64,000 nt of DNA from Bugula neritina (taxonomy: Eukaryota; Animalia; Bryozoa): assembly GCA_964035545.1 (NCBI GenBank), contig OZ037765.1:14580698-14644697 (forward strand), given 5' to 3'. The notes under the pieces are model-generated. The model was not told where the DNA came from. It did no database searches and worked only from the letters and a program-made list of their open reading frames with translations. The translations under genes and the position numbers were made by a program. Position 1 is the stretch's first letter; each line of letters begins with the position of its first letter. Shown here in pieces: positions 1 to 23,400 of the stretch.

Positions 1-450
1 GACTGATACCGATACTTTTATAGTGATACTGATACTGATAGTCATACTGAAATGATAGTAATACTGATGCAGTCAAACTCAATGTCAATGTGAATGTCAT
101 ACTAATGCCAATGGCCAATGGGCAATGGTATCTCTAAGAGTAAGACTAAGAGTCTTACTCGTACTGATAATGACACTCATACTCATAGTGATAGTCATAC
201 GGATACTGAATCTGATAGAATCATAGATGATACTTGATGGTTGATGGTGACACTCATACTCATACTGATAGTGATACGGATAGCGAATGCATTCGTGATA
301 GTCCTACGGCTACTGACACTCACAACTCATCATTAGGCCTATAATATTATTAGTATACTCTATTACCATTAGTGATTACTAATAGTATTACTATTACTAT
401 TGCTCATCATCAGTGAGTCTCATTGTGACTGTCACACTGACTCTGAGACT
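1..450. repeat. Degenerate low-complexity repeat (ACTGAT/ACTCAT/AGTGAT-like 3-6 nt periodicity)
   Basis: Visible periodicity; similar sequence resumes at ~715-900. Confidence 0.6.
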
Positions 451-457
451 CAGTGAC

Positions 458-710
458 CGGTAAAAATGGCACAGTAAAATGGCACAAGTAATAATGATAA
501 TCATTAATGGTATAGGTAATAGTGGCACAAATAAACAAGTAGGTAAACACTGCACATTTTTATTATTATGGGTTGGGGTGAAAATTTGGCCTTTGGAGTT
601 GAGATGGGAGTTTATGTTTAGAGTGTGGGAAATTTCAACGTCATTCACAGTGTGCCATTTTTACCTACTTTTTTCATTTGTGCGATTATTACCTGTGCCA
701 TTTTCACACA
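458..710. mobile_element. Small palindromic MITE-like element (GGTAAAAATGGCAC family)
   Basis: Inverted arms aaaatggcaca/tgtgccatttt; related copies at ~30321-30580, 30813-30915 and 36861-36890. Confidence 0.6.
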
Positions 711-1363
711 AAATCCTGATACTCAGAGTTACTCACTGTCAGTGTCACACTCACAGGGAAGTCACTGAGTTTAAATCACAATGAGTTAATAAGTTTGACT
801 TCATCATAGTTATAAACAAAATCATAATGTCATAGTCATACTGATGGTGATGCTAGTAGCCGATAGGGCACCAGTTACTTAGTACTGATGGCCATTGGTG
901 ATGTTAGGACGAGCATTCAGTAGTAATTATTCCTGTGCCCTATCCGGATAAGTCCTTAGCCCAATTTAACAAAAAAACCTTTCCATCAGAGGTTTCTCAC
1001 AGGGATAGCGATTGTGAACTTGTGTGAGTTTATAAAAAATGTTGCTATTTAGCCAATTAACATTGCAAAGCTAAAACCAAATAATATTTTAACATGGAAT
1101 AAAGTAGAAAATGAAAATGCTAGGAATAGGTTGCAGATGTGGTCAGTATACATATATAGTAATTGTTGAATATTCTGGTTAATGTTGATAAGTTTAATAC
1201 TGATACTGGTTTTAAGGCATGATAGTGGACATATTGTGAGCATCTCTTGGAGGCACAATTTTCAAATATGGCTGTGACTACACTCAACTCATCACTATTA
1301 ATAGATTATTTATACTGTATTTTATCTTGATTTCAGATACTTAGCCTAAAAGCCTAAAATAAG

Positions 1364-11143
<9,780 letters not shown>

Positions 11144-11262
11144 TTCCAGACAGCTGCTAGTAATGAAAGCATGTTGTGACAAAACGGACTTACTGCAGCT
11201 TGATTTGATTACTACTTTGCACTGATACTTTGTCATGCCTGTTTTTCATCCATATATAAGCT

Positions 11263-11295
11263 TTTATTCTACTTTTATATTATCATTTCAATAAA
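11263..11295. promoter_or_regulatory. Opposed polyadenylation signals: AATAAA on + (11290-11295, RPA1) and on - (11263-11268, CCDC63-like)
   Basis: Canonical hexamers in the 291-bp gap between the two stop codons. Confidence 0.55.
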
Positions 11296-11434
11296 AAAAA
11301 CCACAGTTTCAAGTTGTAGCTTTTACCTTTAAACAAAAATAGTATCCAATGCATTTATAACATTAAGCAAAGTACATTAACTCATGGCCATAGAGGAGCA
11401 GACCAAAATTTGCCTGAACAATATAATTTTGATT

Positions 11435-14400
11435 TCAGTTGTTGAATTTCTTTAGCTTAAGTTTTTCACTTCTGTGATGAACAAAGGGAGGCTGTTGAGA
11501 AAGGCTTGCTGCCTCATTGCTAGCTATTTCTTCCATTACTTTACTTCTTATCTCAGATAATTTCATGGGCATAGTGATTGGTTCCTCTGTGTGTAGTATA
11601 CTGTCTACTAACTCATCACTAAAATATTTACAGTTATGCCAAGATTAAACTACATACTTAGAGCTAAGCATAAAAGTATCCTTCAAGAGATGATGTACAT
11701 AATAAGTTACCCATAGACTAACACCTTTATGATGAAAAATCACATGCCTATTAATGATTTTCTTAAATAGTGTAAATGTGTGGACATAAATAACACTACT
11801 ATCCATAATTTTAAATTGTGTTATATGTTCTTAGGCCACTAACTTGAAAACACATTATTTGCACTAGCAGTATTTGCCTAAGTTTAAGATACCATAAAAA
11901 ATAGCTTATATGATAACCTTGCAAATATATAGATGAGAAAATGCAAAACACAAGAAAATATAAGTGTCATACCTCACAGAAGGAGCTTGTACACTTGGTA
12001 GAACAGGCCTATCAACAGCCTCCAAAAGAATCTTTGAATGACCACGTGGACGAATTCGATGAACACTTCGAGGAGAGCACAGTAAATTTTTATGATGGTC
12101 CTGTTGAAATTGGATGCAAAGTACATATATGTACATCAACCTAAAATATGTTGGGGGGGGGGGGTTGGGAGGCAGTAAATACATTTAAACTTTTTTGGGT
12201 AACTAAAATTGTAACCGTGATTTGTGGTGAATAAAAGTAATAAAACTACAGATTTAGTGTAGGGCCGTGCGTGACGTGCGGAAATCCCATTTAGCCCAAA
12301 AATTGGACATTGTGTGCGGATTTTCAAGCGTCTAACATGCTGAACGAGAAGTACGACATGCTTGTGCGACACAGTTTGATCTAATTGGCTTATTACCATG
12401 TAATATTTAGCGAGCACATTTTTTTATTTTAATTTACGATTTAACTTCTAGCGAGCTGGATTAAAACAGTTTGTATTTCCGCTTTTATAATAGCCAAATC
12501 TGATGACGTAGTTTAAAAACAAACGCCTGTAGGCGAGCAGTAAAGTTTAACGCTAACATCATTGGCTAATAAATTTTTGCACTCGCAACACACGCACTGT
12601 GTGCAGCAGGTCACCAGCGTGTATTCTAATGAGATTTCTCGCATGTCACGTCCTGTGGCCCTACACTTAATCAATTTTTGAGGCCATAATGAATCTCAGT
12701 CTCTATCACTACATTTCCATTATCGAATTATGCGAATGGATTTTTTCATTCGCCCCATGGAACTAGTTACATCGTCATGGAAATGCAGTGATTATCTTAA
12801 CCACCAGCAGAGCTATCAAATTAAATCAGTTAAAAAATCAATGTAGGAATTCACAATTCTTTACATTATGTATGTCCAAATGCTCCAATAGTACACAATC
12901 TCCTAGTATAAATTTTTGTCCCTCCATAATTTTTCAGCTTCCCAAGGTTACAGAGCTTTTGTTTTCTGAAATCTTTTAATTGCTCACCAAAATATATTTT
13001 ATAGTTGATTTGTTAAATAATGTAATGGATTCTCATCCTCTATTGTCCTGAAATAACAGCGTGCAGCAGTATTATAAATACTGTTGCGTATCGTTTTTAA
13101 TGCTGTAATTGGTGTAGTAGACTTTTGCATGTACTTATTTCCTGTTGCCCGAGATCGGCATTTCGGCTTTCCGAAATGCCGAAATACCGATAGTCGGCAG
13201 TTCAGGCTACCAAAAGCCCCGAAATGCCGAAAGTTGGTGTTTCGGGCTGCCGAAATGCCGAAGGTCGGCGTTTCGGACCTCCGATCTCGGCAACAAAGGA
13301 AAAACCCTATCTCTTGCTGCATATAAAAGCCAGCGAGCTCTAGTGTAGTTCAGTCTACTACTGGAGCTCACTGGCAGAGGACCTTCAATATTATATTATT
13401 CGACTCAATAAAGATTTCTTCAACTGTACAACACATCTTGTTCTCTCTGACAAAGAGTATGTTCAGGCACTAGTTCTATTCAACCCACAAAATTATCACA
13501 TTGGTGGCAGCAGTGGGATTTCGAATAACTAGTTGCCAAAGGGGAACGAGATGGCTTCGCCAGGGGAAACAGCCCCTGGGGCAACGGAGGCGGAGACACC
13601 AACCCTCACGGTAGAGGCCTTGGTTGCAGTCCTCCAGGGATTGCGGGAGCCAAGTCAGGCGCCACCTGGTGACAGGTACCGCCTCAAGCTTCCGAATTTC
13701 GGAGGAGAAGAGGATGTGGAGCAGTTCATCCGCGAGTTTGAAGATGTGGCCACCATCGCTGAATGGCCAGCCCCGGTGCGCATACTTCAACTCCGGTCCT
13801 GTTTGACAGGCCAGGCAAGGAGTTTTGCTTTTGGGCCTGATGAAGCCCACATCCTGCGGGCCCTCAGGGCTCGGTTCGGCCGGACAGCCGAGGAGGCTGT
13901 GGATTGCCTACAGGCACTGAGGCGAAACCGCAGGACGACATTGGAAGAACATGCTAATACGGTGGAACGGTTGGCCCAGGCTGCTTACAGCCACGCCACA
14001 GGTGCAGAGAGAAAGCGCCTGGTGTACAACGTGTTCTTTAAAAGTGTCAACGACTCTGGTCTGCAACGCTACTGGCTGGCCGCCAAAGTTCGCACCTTGG
14101 AGGAAGCCCTGGAAATGGGTATGTCATATTTCCAGGTAGAAGGGCTCCAAGAGAAAAGCTTCACCGCCCACCAGGTAGCTGAGGGAAACCCAGAGGACGC
14201 CACACCCGCAACACCACAAGTGTCGGCAGCGACGACCCAGTCGCCGGAACAGGCGCAGCTCGCCGTGTTGGTGGACATGGTGAAGGGTCTGCAGGCTACG
14301 GTAACCGAACTACAACGGAACCAGGCGGATAGGCGGGCTCCCCAAATACGGGACAACCCTGTCGGCCCCTCGCAGCTTACCTGCTGGGGATGTGGAGCGT

Positions 14401-17400
14401 CTGGGCATGTGAAGAGACACTGCCCCAAAGGCAGCCTGCCTTTAAACAACCGAGGCTCACGGTAATTTCCGCCGACCGTGGGCCTCCAGCCAACCCCATC
14501 CGGGGGAGTGGTCAGAGAGTGACCAAGAAGACCCCTACAGAGTCTGACGATATGGGGTGGCAGGCACCTCGGAGATCTCGGAAACCGAAAGGTTTACCCG
14601 ATCCTCCGGCCATGCCACTCAAGATCCGGATAGCGTCAGAAGACACGGGATGGCAGGCACATCGGAAATCTCGGAGACCGCAAGGTCTACCCGATCCTCC
14701 GGCCTGGCCACTCCACAACCGGTTCGCGGGGTTGCCCGAGGAAGTCGCGGAGGAGGACTCAGCTTACTTGCAAGAGTACCCCAAGCTGCCCTCCCGACCT
14801 CAGAAAACCCCCGTGGTCTCTAAGGCGATGAGGAGGCCCGCTGTGCAGACCCAAGTTGTGTCTCCCCCAGAGACTAACCGTTCTAGGAGCACCCAACCGT
14901 ATGGAAGCAGCTACTTCCTACCCGGAAAAAATTCGGGTAAAGCTGCCACATTCCTACTGGACACTGGGTGCACTACAAACCTGCTGAGTAGGCGTCTCTT
15001 TGACACCCTTGGTGCCCGAGAGGGGGCGAGCCTTGAGCCGTACGAAGGTGCGCGTGGTACGTTGGCGGACGGATCGTGCATCCCTTTTTACGGCGTTATT
15101 ACGCTACCTGGACGCGTCCGTGATCAAGTGATTCACGAGACGTTCATAGTCAGCCAGCTGAAGGAGGACGCCATACTGGGAATGCCGTTTCTGGAGAATC
15201 ACCAGTGCCGCATGGATTTCCAGAGGTCGGTGGTGGTGATGGCTGGAAGGGAACTTGTCTGTGTTGACAAGTTCGGCAGGCCCTTGGTGGGCGGAGTCCA
15301 GGTAGTGCGAGACTGCACAGTTCCGGGAAGATCCCAGGCGACTCTCCGCTGCAGAATCAACTGCAAGGAGATCGCTGACCTGGGGGTGGTTGAGGGAACG
15401 CACGGAGCGATCCGACTAGCAAACAGCCTGAATCGGCTAGACTGTCGGCAAGAGCTCCTCGTGCAGTGTATCAACCTCTTCACGGAACCTGTCCGATTAT
15501 CGGCCGGAGCGCTGGTGGGGAAGTACCACTCCATCCAGGAGGCGGATGTGGGTCCGGCACTGGAAACAGTGGCCGACACCCAGGGAAACCCCCCTCGCCC
15601 CAGCCAAAGCGCAGTCCCGGAGCATATGGCTGACCTGTACGATGAAGCGTGTGGCAACTGTACGAGTAGTACTGAACGCCAAGTACTGGCTCAACTACTC
15701 GCGGAGTACAGTGATGTCTTCAGTCGTGGCGATGAAGACATGGGGCTGACTAAGGTTATCTCTCACGAGATACCCCTGGTAGCCGGCACCACTCCCATCA
15801 GGCAGCCTACCCGGCATCTAGGCCCGGAGAAAGAGAAGGAGGTGAGCCGACAGGTGCAGGATCTTCTCGATCGGGATCTGATTGCGCCTGCCCACGGTGT
15901 GTGGAGCTCTCCAGTAGTCCTGGTCAAGAAGAAGGATGGTAGCTGGAGGTTCTGTGTGGACTACCGCAGAATCAACAGCGTTACCATCCAAGACGCCTAC
16001 CCTCTCCCACGGATAGATGAGTCTCTGGATGCCCTCGCGGGTAGCAAGTACTTCAGTCCTTTAGATCTGCTTAGCGGGTGCTGGCAAGTGCCCCTTAGTC
16101 CTGATGCCAGGACAAAGCAGCATTGATTACTTGCGACGGGCTCTGGAAGTGGAAAGTACTGCCATTTGGACTGACGTCCGCCCCGGCAACTTTCCAACGG
16201 CTCATGGAGCAGGTCCTCAGTGGATTACACTGGAAGACCCTCCTCACCTATCTGGACGACGTCATTGTCATCTCCCCAGACTTTTCGACTCATGTCAGTC
16301 GTCTGCGGGAGGTTTTTGACCGTCTCCGGGCAGCTGGACTGAAGCTGAAGCCCTCCAAGTGTGCGCTCCTGCAGCCGGAAGTCACGTACCTGGGCCTTGT
16401 GGTTGGCCGTGACGGGGTTGCTACCGACTCGGAGAAGGTACAGGCTGTGAAGGAATGGGCTGTTCCCCGTGACCTACCTGAGCTGCGAGCATTCCTAGGC
16501 CTCGTAGGGTACTACCGGCAGTACATACCTGGCTTCGCAGGGGTGGCTCAGCCGTTAAATCGGCTGACCGCAAAGGGGGTCCGGTGGCAGTGGACACAGG
16601 AGGAGCAGCAGGCATTCGACCACCTCAAGCAACAGCTAATGGAGGCACCAATTCTGGCGTATCCTGATCCAGCCAAAGAGTACATCCTGAACACTGACGC
16701 CAGCGACCACAGTGTGGGAGCTGTTCTGTCTCAAGTCCAGGGTGGAAGTGAGGTGGTCGTGGTTTACTACAGCAAGACTCTCGCGGCCGCCGGGAAGAAC
16801 TACTGTACCACTAGGAAAAAGCTCCTAGCAGTAGTCAAGGCGGTCAAGCACTTTCGGCCATATCTGTATGGGAGAACGTTCCGGTTGCGAACAGACCATG
16901 CATCACTGATTTGGCTGTGTAAACGTGCAGAGCCCTCGAGCCAGGTGGCTCGTTGGCTAGAGATTCTTGCCGAGTTCTCTTACCGGATAGAGCACCGTGC
17001 GGGCCGGAAGCATGGGAACGCCGACGGCATGAGCCGCCGGCTGGTAGAGGACTGTAAGAAATGCCTGCACATTGAGAAGCGGGACGGGGGACCCGCTCGC
17101 CTTGACGTAGAAACAAAGTTAGGGGAGGGCACCGTCTACCGGTGAGAGCACGGCCATCTTTGGACCGAAACCCACCCAGACGACGTCCAGGCACTCCACG
17201 CCAACCCCACTCTGTACCAGAACGTCAAGGAGCTGTGCCGACTCCAGGAGAAGCTACCCGGCGCGGTAGCGGACATCTTCCGGGCCAAGAAAGAGGGCCG
17301 ACGACCTAGCGAGCAACAGCAGCGGCAGGGAGACGTTGAGTTCCAACTCCTCTGTCGTCGCTAGGATGCCCTCAAGGTCAGTCCTGATGGCCTCCTGATG

Positions 17401-20400
17401 ATAACGTTAGCAGCAGACAACCGTCAGCAGGAGAGGGACCGCGTCGTCTGTCCACGCGCCCTCCGGCGGGAACTGATCTGGGACACCCATGAGCAGGCTC
17501 ATTCTTGAGTCAGTCGGGTCATCAGGTGTCTGCGGCTGCATTGGTATTGGCCCAGAATGACCCGAGACGGCAATGCGAGGTCTGCCAAGCTAGCAAGCAT
17601 GGCCGCCCCACGGAAACCACTGGTTGACGCCGGCTATACGCTGGTCGACTGTGGCAAGTAGTGGCGGTAGACCTCGTTGGGCCTATGCCGTTATCCGCCA
17701 GAGGGAACACCTGAATACTGGTGCTCACGGACCACTTTACCCGGTGGGTAGATGCTCTGGCTATTCCAGACGCAACAGCCCCCCCGGTGGCCCGGGCCCT
17801 GGACCAAAATGTGTTCTGTTACCTCCGATTACCCGAGCAGATACATACGGACCAGGATGCCCAGTTTCAGTCCCAGCTTATGGGAGACCTCTGCCGGATA
17901 TGGGGGGTGAACCAGAGTCGGACCACCCCATATCACCCGCAAGGGAACGGAGTCGTCGAACGGAACAACAGGATGTTTGGTGACGCCCTCAGGAGCCTGC
18001 TCCTTGGTCGCGGTCAGGAAGAATGGGACATGGTGCTGCCGCAAATCATGCGGGCTCACCGCAGCATACCACACTCCACCACGCAGGAGACACTAAACTT
18101 TCTGATGCTAGGCCAGGAGACACGGGTTCCGGAACAACTGACCTACCATGTCCCCGCCCCCGAGTCACCGGTACCTGAGTACGTGGGGGTTTGATAGAAA
18201 TCATGGGCAAAGCTCATGATGCACTGCGTGCCCAGCAGTGGCAGACCCGCACGGAAGACTCAGAAGAGCCCCCGTTGTACCAGGTGGGAGACTGGGTCTG
18301 GATGGTGAGCTACCGGAGGCGACGCGGACAGTCGGCTAAACTCCAGCCCAAGGTCGTTGGTCCCTACTGCGTAGTGGAGGTGCTGCCCAACCACACGTAC
18401 CGTGTGGAGCGCTCTGGACAGGTCTCAGTCCAGAGCGATCAGCGCCTGAAACCTTACCATGCCAGCCCAGACGCAGTGGGTCAGGCTCCACCCCTCCTGG
18501 AGCCCAACCGCCAGCCCAACCATCGGAGAAGGACCACCCAACCCCGAGAGGTGGAAATTGTCGTCCCAAGGGAGGCGGATCAGGAACAGGCCGCCCTGCT
18601 GGAACAGCTTGAACAGCAGCAAAGGCAGGAACGGCGGCAGCAGCAGTAGGCTCCAGGGCCACCACCCCTCTCGGGGGAGGACATCCCCACCCGTATTACG
18701 GGTGAAGGCAGGGACCCCCTACATTGGCAACTGAAGAGCCACTGGCACTACAAGTGCCTGCCCATCCATTGAGGAGTCAAAGAGATAGGAAACCACCCAG
18801 ATATCTGACGGACTATCACGTGGGACACATGGAGATGTCCCCACAGAGGAGTGGTACATCCAGTACGGGTAAAAACTTCGAGTCTCAGTTGCAGAATAGT
18901 CCTGACAGTACAGGACTTCTCCAAAAGCAACAGCCCCCAGACCAGCACAGTCACCTGGACAACAGATACCCAGCTCTTTCGGGTAATGTTGGCCAAGGTA
19001 GGTGGCGATACCCCATACCCCTGACCGACTTGGAACTCCCTCAAGAGAAGGAAGATGGGGCCACGTCCCTGCTACCTGCCCAGCTGATTGGAGATGGCGC
19101 TACCGCAGCCACCATCCAGCCTCTACGGGTAGCACTGGCAAGACTGGGCAAAGAGCCTGGAGCACCAGTCAGCCAAATAGGAGAGAAGACTCAGCCGCCC
19201 CACCCACAATTGCCCCGTCACCGGCAAAATGTGGCACCTCCTTACCGCGAGTGCGTCCTGGATAGTGCAATCCAGGCCTGGTCCAGTATCCTTGACCGAT
19301 GTACTGAAGAGATAGAAAGCCTGGTGCACCACCTCCAATGACCAAACCGGACAATTAGGAGCCGCCGGCATTAGCCACCCGAACTTTATATATTGTGGGT
19401 ACTACTACCATGTTATATTATCGTGATACGCGTGATTAATCATAATACTTTTCTGGTAACCGCATATTTTTCTACTTTTGTGAAATAATTGTTCTGTTAT
19501 CAAAAAGGGATGCTTTTCGATGGGGGGAGAATGTAATGGATTCTCATCCTCTATTGTCCTGAAATAACAGCTTGCAGCAGTATTATAAATACTGTTGCGT
19601 ATCGTTCTTAATTCTGTAATTATAGTTAAGTAAGCTAGCTTGCTAATGCCTAAGTATGGTAATTACTGTTAAAGCTTTCAACATAATGTAATTTTACTGA
19701 AATACGCATTCTGAAGTTATGTAATATTTCTTGTACTAATGTTGCGTTCTTTTGTAATAGATTTTCATCCTCTATTATTCTGAAATAACTGCGTGCGTCA
19801 GTATTATAAATACTGTTGCGTATCGTTTTTAATGCTGTAATTGGTGTAGTAGACTTTTGCATGTACTTATTTCCTGTTGCCCGAGATCGGCATTTCGGCT
19901 TTCCGAAATGCCGAAATACCGATAGTCGGCAGTTCAGGCTACCGAAAGCCCCGAAATGCGAAAGTCGGTGTTTCGAACTGCCGAAATGCCGAAGGTCGGC
20001 GTTTCGGACCTCCGATCTTGGCAACAAAGGAAAAACCCTATCTCTTGCTGTATATAAAAGCCAGCGAGCTCCAGTGTAGTTCAGTCTACTACTGGAGCTC
20101 ACTGGCAGAGGACCTTCAATATTATATTATTCGACTCAATAAAGATTTCTTCAACTGTACAACACATCTTGTTCTCTCTGACAAAGAGTATGTTCAGGCA
20201 CTAGTTCTATTCAACCCACAAAATTATCACAATAACATGCAATAATCATTGAAATCCCCTCCTAACAAGAATTTTCCAAAATACTGTTATGTAATTTCAT
20301 TACATGTAAATTACATATACATTGAAATCGAAAATGTTAGGCTACCCTTATATTTATAGATTTATAAATGTATTATGTAGCTATATATGGAAAGATATGC

Positions 20401-23400
20401 CAGCTCAATTGGGAATTTCACCTTTTCTTAAGTAAATGGTAGGGCAATGTGCTTCATGCTGCAATCAGCTATGGCAAAAATAATTTTAGCTTTACTTTTA
20501 AACTATAAAAGACTGGTTTTAGTTGGAAAAGTTCAGAGCGAAGATTATGGTTAAAAGTCTAAATTGGTCTTTGAAACTAAAAAAGTTTTGACAGCCTTGA
20601 TTTTCATCAATTTAGCAAAATAATCTTTCTCGAGTCGAAAAACTGAAAACAGCATTAAAAAATCAACTGTCCTCATCAAGTTATATTTTGTCCACCATAA
20701 AGAACTCAACTGCAATACCTACCTGATGGAGCCCAATAAACTTCAAAATGCAAATTAATTCCATACACCGCTGCTCTATCAAACTAATGTACATCTTAAG
20801 ATTTCTTGAAGTCATGTCTCTTTCAATTGTAGGTGCTTTAGATAACACCATACTGGAATTTATTTTTTTAAATAGTGAGCGGATGCTAACACAGATCACA
20901 GCTAGCAATGCTTCTAACTCATCACATCTCTGTTTAGCCGAACCAACTTCAGTCTTAAGCTGAGCTCTGGCAGCCTGTAAAATATTTGGTGACATACAAG
21001 TGCAGCTATAGCTTCACATATAGCATTATGACTAGCAAAAGAAACAATCTGTTTCATTACACCATAACTGTAGTAAAATTAAAATAGTAAAAACATTTTT
21101 TTGAAAAAGGAAAAACAACATTTTGCAGTTTTCGAAAAGCTTTAATGTAATCTGCTTCAGTGTATGCTATTCAAAACTTTAGTCATGCAAAATCAAATTA
21201 GTAATTTCAACTTGGTTACAAACATACCTCAATCTGGTTCACAGTATGGTTGGTTCCTGTCTGAATTTTTTCATCTTCCATCATTGCAATCTTAATTCCA
21301 TTTTTAATCTTTTGAATGTTTTCATAAAGTTTCTCTACATTGTGATTCAGTTCACTAACATAATCAAACCTGTAAAGTAAACATGATATTTGGCAATCAA
21401 TTTTACCTAATAACATTATAGTATTGCTATATAGCCATAACACAAAATATTGTAGTAGATTTTGACAGTTATCATCACCTTATGTTGTGGAAAGTTCTAG
21501 AATGCATTAACTATTTTATATTTTATAATTTATCATTATAGTTGAACTCTTGGCCGAAGTTTGGTGGTTCTAAACTTCGGGGGCCTGAAATTCGAGGTGC
21601 TCGATTTGGCACGCCCAAAGTTTGAGGTACCCGATTTGGCCCGAAATCAGATAGAACATTCTAGAATTCGATGCACCCGGACAAATTCTAAAGTATGAAA
21701 GGACGAGCTTGCCAGCAATAGTTAATATAAAATTATCACAATATTATAGAAATGTGCTATTGCAGATTTGAACAATTATGCTGAGTAGCTAATGTATAAT
21801 TATAAAAAATCCTGATGGAACAACCTGGATAGATAAAATATATAGGTCATTTAAAGTTTTACAGCCAACAAAAACCGGACCGATAACTAAAATTAAGGTT
21901 TCATGCTTGAGCGAGTCTGACCTCAAAATACATGGACCTATTCTAAATGGAAAATAATGTGTGATAAATACAACAACTATATTATAGTTTTATTAATCTA
22001 ATTATAGAAAACAGGAATGTTGGAGGGAGCAGAACAAGTAACAAACATCACCAATATAAATAATCATAACTCATTTTGTTATGGATGTGATTAAAACGGG
22101 TGGCCACCTGGTGTCGCAGTCAGTGATACCCATTTTAGTCATAGGGGGGGGGGGGGGGGGTTGACTAAAATGGGTGTCGCAAAAATTTTCCTTTTATTCT
22201 CAGATTTTTAGACAGCCGTGACTGCTAAAATTATTATTAAATAAATCTTCAGTGAATAATGACCATTTCAAAATAGTTTAAACCAAAAACATAAATAAAT
22301 AATGATAAAATTGAAATAGTGTTGTGAATTTATGCTTCACTGCAATCAATGGGTTTATTTATTAAAAGCCATTTCACCAGATTTGCTAATTAATAAGAGT
22401 TTATTTACTGCTAATAACACACTAATAAATGTATAACAACCAACACAAACTGTTACATAATAGAGAGCTAACAGTACACAACTTTACACTAGCATTATCA
22501 AGTCCTCTCTGCCGGCTACGCTGCCTAACTAGCTTCCACTACGCGTTTTGTAGCTCCGCCTACTAATTAATTGTTAGTCATGTCTCATTGGCCAACACGG
22601 TGGTGATATGATGCTGGCTGCATCATGTAACTGTCCGAGTGAGAAGTATCCTTTCAATATAACTGATGCATTATTAAAAACCCTTACATCCTCCCCTCCT
22701 ATCGAAAGGTATACGCTGTTAAACTAGTATAAAATTTGAAAAATATACAAAATGATAATAAAAATATAGTAACGGCAAGAATATAATACAGCAATAAGCA
22801 TATAACACACAATCTATTTACACCATCACCGAGAAGTAAGTATAAATACTGCCAGTCCAAGTAAGGGAACGAGGGGGGGAGAAGAGAAGAAAGAGAAGAG
22901 GCGAGTCATCAGGCTATTTTGTTAGTCAGTTCAGCCGCCGCCCGTTTCTGTTTTTTGCAGAGACGGGCCATACGCCTCTGTAAATTCCTTACATCTGTCA
23001 AAAGGGACTGGTCAGGCATAGTGTTTTCGTCAGCCGCATCACGAGTACTTCTCCTCTTTTTCTTTTGCTGGCCCGGTAAGGTGGAGGTAGTTGTAGTAGG
23101 GGGGGGGGGTGAGAGTCTCCTTCTACTGTTCGGTCCGAGCGAGATACCAGAACTCGGAGGGGTTGTGTCATTATCTCTGGAGTCGGTGTCGTCAAGGTTG
23201 TTTCCATAGTTGGGGGGTCAGCATCAAAGTCACTATCCACAGTCGGTCGCGTCGGGGGAATTGGTTTAGTAGCATCTGTCGTCGGTCTGGTACAGTCACA
23301 TGAGGTAGTATAAGGTCTCGGAATTCAGTGTAGGAGTCGGCGTCAACTTCATATAAATGTCCAGTGTAACAGTTTTGGGTTCTTTGATGTCGAAGTATGG

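Larger units (their letters stand above)
13021..20231 (+). mobile_element. Full-length Ty3/Gypsy LTR retrotransposon A (intron 8 of the CCDC63-like gene, antisense to it)
   Basis: 5' LTR 13021-13500, 3' LTR 19532-20231 (TG...CA), TSD ATAA, PBS TGGTGGCAGCAGTGGGAT at 13502 (tRNA-Leu type), PPT GGGGGGAGAA before 19532; order gag-PR-RT-RH-IN. Confidence 0.97.

Noticed and set aside
13000-13350. ORFs inside the LTRs and antisense ORFs over gag-pol
   Set aside because: By-products of GC-rich repeats and coding-strand codon bias; no motifs.
13502-13525. tRNA gene
   Set aside because: Only the ~18-nt primer-binding complement of tRNA-Leu; no cloverleaf.
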